From the human T2T-CHM13v2.0 reference genome, Homo sapiens, in NCBI RefSeq assembly GCF_009914755.1, contig NC_060938.1: DNA of 64,000 bases, one strand, 5' to 3'. Positions 17,280-30,700 of this stretch are shown one piece after another. The notes below the pieces were generated by a model. The model saw only the letters and a program-made list of their open reading frames with translations. It ran no database searches and was not told where the DNA came from. Position 1 is the stretch's first letter, and each line of letters starts with the position of its first letter. The position numbers and the translations under genes are program-made.

Positions 17280-17281
17280 AG

Positions 17282-17303
17282 TGGTGCCCATTCATGGGGG
17301 CTC
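17282..17303 (+). promoter_or_regulatory. Degenerate tRNA-Lys primer-binding site of HML-3
   Basis: TGGTGCCCATTCATGGGGGCTC immediately after the LTR. Confidence 0.7.
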
Positions 17304-17430
17304 GAATACAGGTCAAAGGATCGCTGGAGCAACGATTGGAGAATGTGGAACTAGCTGGAGGACATCCGAGTACTCTTAAAGCAATCCCCGTGGTGAGTCA
17401 GAAGGGGAGCTCGGAAGCATCAGGGTAACA

Positions 17431-18745
17431 ATGGGACAAGTGTGGGCTGTGGTTCGTTCTACCTTGGAACTTTTTCACACTGATAATGAGGAGGAAGGAG
17501 AGTATATCAAAGTAACAGTAGAGGCTACAGACCAGGTTTATTTGCCACCTAAAGCTAAAGCAGAAAAGGAGGGAGAGGTTCATCCCTACCCTTCTGCACC
17601 CCCTCATTATTATTTTGAAGAAAACGACCCTCCAGATATTTCTTTTCTGGAGGACACTGGGTGAAAAGTAGTTGCCCTGGTGACTGTTCGAGCACCGCCT
17701 TGAGCGACTGCTTAGTTCTATTCAGGCAGGAATTCAGCAAGCTAGACAAAAGTGGGATTTAGAGGCTTGGCAGTTCCCTGTTTGAATACACCCCCCAGAT
17801 CAACAGGGAAATATTATAGCTACATTTGAATCTTTTCCTTTTAAATTACTCAAAAAAATTAAACAAGCTATAAATCAGTATGGACCAGGTTCTCCTTTTG
17901 AAATGGGACTGTTAAAGAATGTTGCTGTTTCCAGTCGGATGATTCCTACTGACTGGGACACTCTTACTCTAGCTTGTCTAACTCCTGCTCAGTTCTTACA
18001 ATTTAAAACTTAGTGGGCAGATGAAGCTTCCATTCAGGCTGCTCGCAATGCCTGGGCCCAACCTCAAATTAATATAACTGCAGACCAACTTTTGGGGGTT
18101 GGTGGCTGGGCTGGTTTACATGCACAAGTAGTCAAGCAGGATGATGCCATAGAACAGCTTAGAGGAGTGTGCATTAGAGCTTGGAAAAAATCACTTCATA
18201 TGGAGAACAATACCCTTCATTTAGTGCTATAAAACAGGGACCAAGAGAACCATATGTGCATTTTATAGCTTGGTTACAGGAGTCTCTTAAAAAGATGATT
18301 GCAGATTTGGCTGCTTAGGATATAGTGTTGCAGTTATTAGTTTTGACAATGCTAATCCCTATTGCCAGGCTGCTCTGCGACCTATCAGAGGGAAAGCACA
18401 TTTAGTTGATTATAACAAGGCCTGTGATGATATCAGAGATAATCTACATAAAGCTACTTTGTTGGCACAGGCGATGGCAGGACTGAGAGTGGATAAAGGA
18501 AATACTCTATTTCCTGGAGCTTGTTTTAACTGTGGGAAGCATGGTCATACTAAAAAGAATGTAAAAAAAAAATCAGCAAGTCAGGCCACCAGATAGGTGA
18601 AAAAAGAAAACTGCTGATCCTGAAATATGTCTAAAATGTAAAAAAGGAAAACTTTGGGCTAATCAGTGTCACTCTAAGTTTGATAAAGAAGGGAACCCGA
18701 TTTTGGGAAACTCCCTGGGGGGCCCATTCCAGGCCCTGTTCTAAA
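17431..18745 (+). pseudogene. gag: HERV-K(HML-3) gag, disrupted
   Basis: MGQVWAVVRSTLELF start, PSAPP late-domain-like motif, two CCHC knuckles (~18520-18670), GGGAAAC slippery site at 18705-18711. Confidence 0.88.
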
Positions 18746-19650
18746 CCAGGGCATTTCTAGCTCAGGCCATTCCCTCACACCCGTACATTATCTGTCCCCC
18801 ACCATAGCCCATAGTGTCGCAGTAGACTTATGCTGCACAAAAGCTGTGAGCCTTCTGCCTGGGGAACCCCCGCAAAAGGTCCCAACAGGAGTCTGTGGAC
18901 CGTTGCCAGGAGGGACAATGGGATTACTTTTAGGAAGGTCTAGTTTAAGTTTAAAAGGGGTACAAATACACACTGGAGTCATTGATTCAGATTACAATGA
19001 GGAAATTCAAATTGTGATATCTACTTCTGTTCCCTGGAAAGCACAGCCAGGAGTGGGCATAGCACAGCTCCTGAGTGTGAAGTATGTGGGAATGGGAAAA
19101 AGTGAAATTAAATGAACTGGAGGATTTGGAAGCACAAATAAAAAAGGCAAGGCAGCTTATTGGGTAAATCAAATTACTGATAAACATCCTATCTGTGAAA
19201 TAACTATCCAGGGAAAGAACTTTAAAGGTTTGGTAGATACAATTTTTTTTTTTTTTTGGTAGGAGTGGACATTTCAATCATTTCTCTACAGCACTGGCCG
19301 TCCATGTGGCCAATTCAGCCCACTCAATTTAACACAGTGGAAACTGCTAAAGCCCCAGAAGTGTATCAAAGTAGCTATATTTTGCATTGTGAAGGGACCG
19401 ATGGACAACCTGGGACTGTTCAACCAATTGCAACTTCTGTACCTATAAATTTATGGGGGAGAGATTTATTATGACAATGGGGAGCACAAGTTCTAATTCC
19501 ATAGCAATTATACAGCCCTCAAAGTCAACATATGATGCACGAAATGGGGCATGTCCCTGGTATAGGAGTAGAAAAAAATTGCAAGGTTTGAAAGAACTGC
19601 TTCAAACGGAAAGACAAAGTTCCTGCCAAAGATTAGGATACCATTTTTGA
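18705..19650 (+). pseudogene. pro: HERV-K(HML-3) pro (dUTPase + aspartic protease), disrupted
   Basis: dUTPase motifs GLLLGRSS and GVIDSDYNEEI; protease LVDT/GVDISII and INLWGRDLL. Confidence 0.9.
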
Positions 19651-20639
19651 TGGTGGCCACTGTTAAGCCTCCAGAACCTATACCTTTAAAATGGTTAACA
19701 GATAAGCCAATTTGGATAGAATAATGGCTGCTAAGCAAAGAGAAACTGGATGCTTTAGAGAAATTAGTTACTGAACAATTAGAAAATGGGCACATAGCTC
19801 CAACATTTTCCCCTTGGAATTCTCCAGTGTTCATAATTAAGAAAAAATCAGGTAAATGGAGAATGTTAACTGACTTAAGAGCCATCAATTCAGTTATACA
19901 ACCTATGGAAACATAACAGCCAGGATTGCCTTCTCCTACTATAATTCCAAAAAATTGGCCTTTAATAGTCACAGATTTAAAAGACTGTTACTTTACTACC
20001 CTTTTAGCTGAGCAAGACTGTGAACGGTTTGCATTTACAATTCCTGCAGTAAACAACCTGCAGCCTGCTAAGCGTTTTCGTTGTTTCACAGATGGGTCTA
20101 GTAATGGTAAAGCTTCTTATTCTGGATCAAAAGGTAAAGTTTTCCAGACACCCTATACTTCAGCTCAAAAAGCGGAGCTTGTAGCTGTAATTGAGGTATT
20201 GACTGCTTTTGATATGCCTGTTAATGTGATTTCTGATTCTTCATACATGGTTCATTCCACACAGTTAATTGAAAATGCTCAGTTACGATTTCATACAGAT
20301 GAACAACTGATAATAAAAACAAAAAAAGGGGGAGAAACAGGGATTACGGGTAGCCCATACACAATTGAATCTATCATTATTAACTTTCAAATTTTTGAGC
20401 CTGCCCAAAGGCCAGATGTTACCAGCAGCTGAACAGCATCTACAGAAACTAGCTGCAAAGAGAGAAGCAGAACAACTGGTTTGGTGGAGAGATCCAATAA
20501 CAAAAAGTTGGGAAATAGGTAAAATTATAACTTGGCATAGAGATTATGCTTGTGTTTCTCCAGGACCGAATCAACAACTGATTTAGATACCATCAAGACA
20601 CCTGAAATTTTATCATGAGTCAGATGCTGAGGAAGAGAT
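19620..20639 (+). pseudogene. pol: HERV-K(HML-3) pol, internally deleted (RT N-part / RNase H / integrase C-terminus)
   Basis: DLKDCYFT (RT), FTDGSSNG and AQKAELVAV (RNase H), VWWRDPITKSWEIGKIITW (integrase C-terminus); no env or 3' LTR follows. Confidence 0.9.
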
Positions 20640-20673
20640 AAAAAGCACAATCATCATTGAAATTAGAGCTTCT

Positions 20674-20891
20674 GGCTGGGCGCGGTGGCTCACGCCTGTA
20701 ATCCCAGCACTCTGGGAGGCCGAGGTGGGCAGATCACAAGGTCAGGAGATCGAGACCATCCTGGCTAACACGGTGAAACCCCGTCTCTACTAAAAATACA
20801 AAAAATTAGCTGGGTGAGGTGGCGGGCGCCTATAGTCCCAGCTACTCAGGAGGCTGAGGCAGGAGAATGGCATGAACCCGGGAGGCAAAAC

Positions 20892-20893
<2 letters not shown>
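20674..20893 (+). mobile_element. AluY, 3'-truncated
   Basis: AluY diagnostics; ends in the right monomer after GAACCCGGGAGGCA, no tail. Confidence 0.9.
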
Positions 20894-21310
<417 letters not shown>

Positions 21311-21980
21311 GACCCCCAACCTTGTCTAGACTGTGGGGTTTCAGTTTCACCCCAGGGGGGTCCTGGTTGGGTTAGAATCCTGAATCTCGTTTGAGTTCGA
21401 ACCCTAAAGAATAAAGGGAATAAAGGCTGTAGCTACTGAGCTACTCAATCTGGTCTGGTTCTGGCTTTTGTGTGTCTATCTGTATTTTTGGTCTAAATAT
21501 TTGGCCCAACAGAGGTTAAAGGCTTTGATGTTCTCAGCAAAAGCCTTGTGAGATTTCTAGTTTATCTGTGTGCTCAATTGGAACAAAGAGACTCAATAAA
21601 CTAGAAAAACCTAAAGAAAATGGCACACGTGAAAAATTGAGAGCCAACTCCTGTTTGTTGTTCTGTCCACCTCCCTCTCTCACTCCTCCTTCTGCCTTTG
21701 CTGTGGTCCCATGGTGTTTCTGTCTTTCCGGGGACCTGAGATTCAGTGTAGGAGTGAAGTCCATGATTTTAAAGCCTTCATGTCTCTGCTTTTTAACTCT
21801 GCCTGCTTTGCTGAGCTCTTATAATGAGAAATAAACTATTCAGAACAGGTACAACAGGGCATCAGAAAACCAACTTCAGGCAGCGCTCCGGCAAGTACCT
21901 CCCTAGAGGGGAAGGGCTTACTAAAGGAGATTTAATCTTGAAAAGGCCAAAATGAGAAGCTCTAACCTTTAGCTTGCTAG

Positions 21981-22714
<734 letters not shown>

Positions 22715-22952
22715 TCTAGTGCACACTTTAAACCTGACGGCCAAATTACATGAAAGAAAATTCAGAACTCAAATAGTTACTATTTTTAAAAACCCTAAAA
22801 TGAAAAAGTCTCAGTTCTTTTGCCTATCTTTTTTTTTTTCCCTGCCTACTTTGAATCTGCTGATTTGTCTACTGGTGTTGAGATAAGACTTACTGTCTGT
22901 GGTGTTACCAATTCAAGGTTACTTGGCTGAAGAAAAACAAAAGAATGAAACA

Positions 22953-23271
<319 letters not shown>

Positions 23272-23751
23272 CAAAAGAGTTCTTTTATAAATGCAAATAA
23301 TTTAAAAAGTACTGATAAAATAAAAATAGAAATGTCTTCAGAATTGTCAGCATACATTTTTGACTGTGTTTTATATTTACATTTGCTAGATATTTTAAGG
23401 TGCTAGGGTTTGGCATGAAGGTTATAAAGCTATAAACACAGGAAAAAAAGAATATTTGTTTATGTGATTTTTTAAATACATAAGACCAATTTAATACGGT
23501 TTGTTGAACAAAAATAATGGAATTTTCTGAGTTATTGGTAAAATACCCTTGTATTTAACTTTGAAATCCTCACTTATGTGAACACCTGATATTCACAGGC
23601 TATAACATGGTTAACAAGAAAATAACCTAGAAATGACTAGCTTTGTCTAATACCTCAGTTCTCACAAATACTCTAGATAAACTGTCAAAAATAAGTAAAT
23701 GTAAATGGATAAATGTCTATACAAGACATTTTAATGTATTTTTGAAATTTT

Positions 23752-24020
23752 TTTGAGCCAATGTCTCTGCCTGTCACCCAGGCTGAAGTGCAGTGGCATG
23801 ATCACAGCTCATTGCAACCTTGACCTCCTGCACTCAAGGGATCCTCCCACCTCAACCTCCCAAGAAGTTGTTAATTACAGGCATGCAACACCATGGTCAG
23901 CTAACTTTTATTTTTTTTGTAGAGTCAGCATCTCGCTATTTGCTCAGGCTGGTCTCACGATACTCCTGCCTTGGCCTCCTAAAGTGTTGGGATTACAGGT
24001 GTGAGCCACCATGCCCAGCC
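23752..24020 (-). mobile_element. AluJ
   Basis: 15-bp TSD TATTTTTGAAATTTT at 23737-23751 and 24021-24035. Confidence 0.9.
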
Positions 24021-24099
24021 TATTTTTGAAATTTTAGTTATGTTAAATTAAATAATAGATACTCATTAAATATCTGGGTTATTTCCAATTTAAAACTTA

Positions 24100-24432
<333 letters not shown>

Positions 24433-25578
24433 TCATTCTCATATGTAAGATACTGCTATATGACAATTCAAGATTTCTTTCTTCCTAAGTTTTTTATTAA
24501 AATAAGGGTTACTAAGTGTTAATATCTTGGTAGATATATGTGATTAAGACTACTAGATACAAGAGAAACAATTCTGTATGCAAAATCTATACGGGTTTTT
24601 GTTTCAGAGAAAGTAAATTCGCTTAGAGATTTTTAAGGATTATTTTAAATTGAAGGAATAAAAAAGATAGATAAAACTAAATGTGTATAAAAAGTTGGGA
24701 AAGATGGAAAAAATTATACAAGCTTATTAAAAGTTTATGTAAATCTTACCTCGAGGTCAAAACTGATTGAGATCAGATAGATTGTTTATAAGGTTTATTT
24801 AAATTAGCTGTAATATTAAAAACATAGTGATAAAAAACAAAAAAATTTGGTTAAAACAACAAGGTTTTCTTAATGCATTTATTTGCTCATAATAAGAGGT
24901 AATAAATATTGACTTTTAATCCTGATATCTGTTACTATAAAATCTTTTCAGATTTGTATATCAGAAGTTCAACGTTTCCTGTACTTTCATGTTACACATG
25001 ACTCACAGATCACATCATTGTCTTCTGTTTCTTCTTGAGAAGGAATAAAAGGCTTGGGTTTCCTGCTTGGCTGGGATGATAACTCCTTCAGCTTTTTCAT
25101 CAGGTCTAATTTTGTACTCTTGGCTTTTAAATATGTCTTAATTACTTCATGTAACCAGGATACAGCAGGAAACTTCCATGCTATCATTGTGAGCTATGGA
25201 TCCCCACTGCTCTATGCTCTGGTTTTCCTGTTTACATTCCTCTGTAATATTATGCTCACTCATGACCCTGGACACACTCTTTCTATGTCTAATTAAATTC
25301 AAGTCTCCGTGTCATCGGTTTGACTTCCAAGTGATTTAAATTAGCTTCCCATAAGAAGACACAGTTATGCCACAGGAGCTTTTACCCTTTAAATGACTGG
25401 CCTGTAATAAAGATTTTAGGTTTTATCAAGATAATCCATGTGTTGCCTTTATTGTTTTTTTAATTACTTGGGAAAACTGAGGGTTTTCAGTTTTCACATC
25501 CATGTAACCTTCTATGTTGCTTTTGATGTCTTTTGGTTGTCATGTTAATTAAATGAATGTTATTTAAAAATGACATGT

Positions 25579-25884
25579 GGCTGTGTGCAGCGGCTCTTGT
25601 CTGTAATTCCAGCCCTTTGGGAGGCCAAGGTGGGTGGATCACTTGAGCCCAGGAGTTCAAGTCCAGCCTGGGCAAAATGGCAAAACCCCATATCTACTAA
25701 AAATACAAAAGCTAGCTAGGTGTGGTAGCAAGTGCTCATAGTCCTGGCTACTTGGGAGACTAAGGTGGAGGATCACCTGAGCCTGGGAGGTTGAGGCTGC
25801 AGTGAGCCATGATTTCACCACTGCACTCCAGCCTGGGCAACAGGGTGAGACCCTGTCTCAAAAAAATAATAAAATAAAAAACAA
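25579..25884 (+). mobile_element. AluJ
   Basis: GGATCACTTGAGCCCAGGAGTTCAAG and GAGGCTGCAGTGAGCCATGAT. Confidence 0.88.
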
Positions 25885-26000
25885 TAAACTACCATTCCGT
25901 TTTGGTCAAATGTTTTCAATTTTTTGACATCTTTGCTAAAACTTAGTTGATAACATTGTATGGGAAGCATTGCCAAAAGATAAGTAACACTAAATCTTCT

Positions 26001-26294
26001 TTTTTTTTTTCTCTGAGACAGAATCTTGCTTTGTCACCCAGGCTGGAGTGTTGTAGCATGATCTAGTTTCACTGCAAATTCTGCCCCAAGGTTCAAGCAA
26101 TTCTTCTGCCTCAACCTCCCAAGTAGCTGGGACTACAGACAAGTGCCACCATACCCGGCTAATTTTGTATTTTTAGTAGAGACAAGATTTCTCCATGTTG
26201 GCCAGGCAGGTGTCGAACTCCTGACCTCTGATGATCTGTCCAACTTGGCCTCCCAAAGTGTTGGGATTACAGGCATGAGCCACTGTGCCCAGCT
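26001..26294 (-). mobile_element. AluS
   Basis: Antisense Alu; TAAATCTTCTTT TSD on both sides. Confidence 0.9.
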
Positions 26295-26665
26295 TAAATC
26301 TTCTTTTGGTTACATTTATAGGTATGTTATTAATATAAATATTTTAAAAGTTATATAAATTATAAAAATCTAATAGGGTTTCAGTCATAATTTTGATGAT
26401 GTTAAATATTTTCTAAAGTTGTATGTGTATAGATATATTATTAATATAAATATTCTAAAGATTATATAAAATTTCTGGAAGTCTGATGGATCTGATGTGT
26501 TGCCATCAGTCATGATTCTGGCTGTTATCTTAAAATGCTACATATAATACAAATAACTAAATTTTCTCGAGATTTGAGAACTTCCACTGGATTTTAACCA
26601 ACGGCTATTCTAAGTTTTTGTCATCCACGGTGATTGATTAAAGTTCTTCTCTAAAACCCTTTACA

Positions 26666-27007
26666 GGCCGGGCACGGTGCTGGAGGCCATGCAGGGCACG
26701 GTGCTGGGCATGGTGCAGGGCATGGAGGCTCATGCGTGTAAATATCCCAGCACTTTGCAAGGCTGAGGTGGGTGAATTGCTTAAACTAAGAAGTTTGAAA
26801 GCAGCCTAGGCAATATGGTAAAATCCCATCTCTACAAAAATACAAAAATTAGCCAGGCATGATGGTGCATGCCTATGGTCCCAGCTACTTCGGAGGGTGA
26901 GGTAGGAGGATGGCTTGAGTTTGGGAGGGAGAGATTGCAGTGAACCAAGATCATGCCACTGCACTCCATCCTGAGTGATAGAGCCAGACCGTGTCTCAAA
27001 AAAAAAG
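26666..27007 (+). mobile_element. AluJ with stuttered 5' end
   Basis: Alu dimer; TSD AAA(C/G)CCTTTACA; repeated GGGCAYGGTGC units at the 5' end. Confidence 0.88.
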
Positions 27008-27789
27008 CCTTTACAATCAGCTATCATCTAAATTACTTTTAATGGAAAGGATTCTGACAAGTTCTCTTAAATATGGTTTCAGATAACTTTGGGGATCAAA
27101 CCATTGGACTAGGAAAATCTTCCAGGACTCTAAAAAGCTGAATGAGAATTTCTAATTGAAATCAAGCAAAACACAAAAAACTGAATGAGAATTGCTATTT
27201 GAAATCAAGCAGAACAAGATTTAGTTACATGGGAGTGAACTTATAAAAGAAGGAAAAGATTTTATCCATGGCCCTCCCATTAGAAACATTGTTGATCCTC
27301 TTTATGTTTTGTTTTCCAAAGTCAATAATTTTTTTTCTTTTCAGCTATTTTTAATTTACAATACATTGGATAAACTACATTGTGAACAAAAATTTGAGCC
27401 ATTTATCTGTCTCTCTAGCTGATTTCTCCAGAATTCAGAAGCCATTCGTGAGCATTCTTAAATTATGGCAATATAATTATTTGCATAATTTCAATAAGAA
27501 TCTGTTTTTGGTAACAAGATTCAATTGGAGACACTGTTTGTTTTATCAAGGCTTTAACTCGAATGGCAGATACAACCAGACCACTTTAAGGAATTGAGGT
27601 TGACTTTATAGCACCAATACAAAGCCCCTTAGAATGACTGGCTTGATGTCCTGTATACAAAGGTCCTTTACAAAGTTGCTATTCTTGTGGTAAGAAATAA
27701 AGAATGTCACTTTCTGATGGGCCAGGAACCTCAAGATATTTGGGGACCTTGAGAAGAGAAGACTACACCCATTCATTAAAGTATTACAG

Positions 27790-30700
27790 GAGAGCTGGCA
27801 AGATGTCTGAATAGGAACAGCTCCGGCCTGCAGCACCCAGTGAGATCAACACAGAAGTCAGGTGGTTCATGCATTTCCAACTGAGCCTCCACTGGTGATA
27901 CCCAGGAAAACAGGGTCTGGAGTGGACCTCCAGCAAACTCGAGCAAACCTGCAGCAGAGGGACCTGACTGTTAGAAGGAAAACTAACAAACAGAAAGGAA
28001 TAGTATCGACATCACCAACATCAAAGACCAAAGGTAAATAAATCCACAAAGATGGGGAGAAACCAGTGCAAAAATGCTGAAAACTCCAAAAGTCAGAATG
28101 CCTCTTCTCCTCCAGAAGATCACAACTCCCCGCCAGCAAGGGAACAAAACTGGACAGACAGTGAGTTTGATGAATTGACAGAAGTAGGCTTCAGAAGGCG
28201 GGTAATAACAAACTCCTCCGAGCTAAAGGAGCATGTTCTAACCCAATGCAAGGAAGCTAAGAGCCTGAAAAATAAAGGTTAGATGAATTGTTAACTAGAA
28301 TAACCAGTTTAGAGAAGAATATAAATGACCTGATGGAGCTGAAAAACCCAGCACAAGAACTTCATGAAGCATACACAAGTATCAATAGCTGAATCAATCA
28401 ATCAGGAGAAAGGATATCAGAGATTGAAGATCAACTCAATGAAATAAAGCCAGAAGACAAGATTAGAGAAAAAAGAGTGAAAAGAAATGAACAAAGCCTC
28501 CAAGAAATAGAGGAATATGTTAAAAGTCTGAATCTACGTTTGATTGGTGTACCTGAAAGTGACAGAAAGAATGGAACCAAGTTGGAAAAAACTCTTAAGG
28601 ATATTATTCAGGAGAACTTCCCTAACCTAGCAAGACAGGCCAACATTCAAATTCAGGAAATACAGAGAACACCACTAAGATACTCCTCAAGAAGAGCAAC
28701 CCCAAGACACAAAATCATCAGATTCACCAAGGTTGAAATGAAGGAAAAAATATTAAGGGCAGCCAGAGAGAAAGGTTGAGTTACCAACAAAGGGAAGCCC
28801 ATCAGACTAACAGTGGATCTCTTGGCAGATAGCCTACAAGCCAGAAGAGAGTGGGGGCCAATATACGACATTCCTAAAGAAAAGAATTTTCAAACCAGAA
28901 TTTCATATCCAGCCAAACTAAGCTTCATAATTGAAGGAGAAATAAAATCCTTTACAAGCAAATGCTGAGAGATATTGTCACCACCAGGACTGCCTTACAA
29001 GAGTTCCTGAAGGAAGCACTAAACACGGAAAGGAACAACTGGTAACAGCCACTGCAAAAACATACCAAATTATAAAGACCATTGACACAATGAAAAAACT
29101 GCATCAACTAATGAGCAAAATAACCAGCTAGTATCATAATGACAGGATCAAATTCACACATAACAATATTAACCTTAAATGTAAATGAGCTAAATGTCCC
29201 CAGTTGAAAGACACAGTCTGGCAAATTGGATAAAGAATCAAGACCCATCAATGTGTTGTATTCAGGAGACCCATCTCATACACATAGGCTCAAAATAAAG
29301 GGATGAAGAAACATTTACCAAGCAAGTGGAAAGCAACAAAAGGCAGGGGTTGCAATCCTAGTTTCTGATAAAACAGATCTTAAGCCAACAAAGATAAAAA
29401 GAGACAAAGAAGGGCATTACATAATGGTAAAGGGATCAATGCAACAAGAAGAGCTAACTATCCTAGACATATATGCACCCAATACAGGAGCACTCAGATT
29501 CATAAAGCAAGTTCTTAAAGACCTACAAAGAGACTTAGGCTCCCACACAATAATAGTGGGAGACTTTAACACTCCACTGTCAATATTAGATAGATGAGAC
29601 AGAAAATTAACAAGAATATCCAGGACTTGAACTCAGCTCTGGACCAAGTGGACCTAAAAGATATCTACAGAACTCTCCACCCCAAATCAACAGAATGTAC
29701 CTTCTTCTCAGCACCGCATTGTACTTATTCTAAAATTGACCACATAATTGGAAGTAAAACACTCCTCAGGAAATGCAAAAGAATGGAAATCATAACAAAC
29801 AGTCTCTCAGACCACAATGCATTCAAATTAGTATGCAGGATTAAGAAACTCACTCAAAACCTCACAACTACATGGAAACTGGGCAACCTGCTCCTGAATG
29901 ACTACTGGGTAAATAACGAAATGAAGGCAGAAATAAAGATGTTCTTCAAAACCAATGAGAACAAAGACACAACGTACCAGAATCTCTGGGACACATTTAA
30001 AGCAGTGTGTAGAGGGAAATTTATAGCACTAAATGCCCACAAGAGAAAGCAGGAAAGATCTAAAATTGACACCTTAACATCAAAATTAAAAGAACTAGAG
30101 AAGAAAGAACAAACAAATTCAAAAGCTAGGAGATGACAAGACATAAATAAGATCAGAGCAGAATTGAATGAGATAGAGACATGAAAAACCCTTCAAAACA
30201 TCAATGAATCCAGGAGCTGGTTTTTTGAAAAGATCAACAAAACAGACCACTAGCCAGACTAATAAAGAAGAAAAGACAGAAGAATCAAATAGATGCAATA
30301 AAAAATGATTAAGGGGATATCACCACTGATCCCACAGAAATACAAATTATCATCAGAGAATACTACAAAGACTAAACCAGGAAGAAGTCAAATTCCTGAA
30401 TAGACCAATAACAAGTTCTGAAATTGAGGCATTAATCAATAGCCTACCAACCAAAAAAAGTCCAGGACCAGACGGATTCACAGCCAAATTCTACCAGAGG
30501 TACAAAGAGGAGCTGGTACCATTCCTTCTGAAACTATTCCAAACAATAGAAAAAGAGAATCCTCCCTAACTCATTTTATGAGGCCAACACAACAAAAAAA
30601 GGAAATTTTAGGCCAATATGCCTGATGAACATCAATGCAGAAATCCTGAATAAAATACTGGAAAACTGAATCCAGCAGCACATCAAAAAGCTTGTCCACC

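Noticed and set aside
14768-20639. Single intact HERV-K provirus with coding capacity
   Set aside because: There are two different HML groups, both full of stops and deletions, with no env and no 3' LTR.
30360-30600. Short deletions in L1PA7 ORF2 (~30369 and ~30587) as additional introns
   Set aside because: They are short and the deleted consensus segments do not begin with GT; ordinary deletions.
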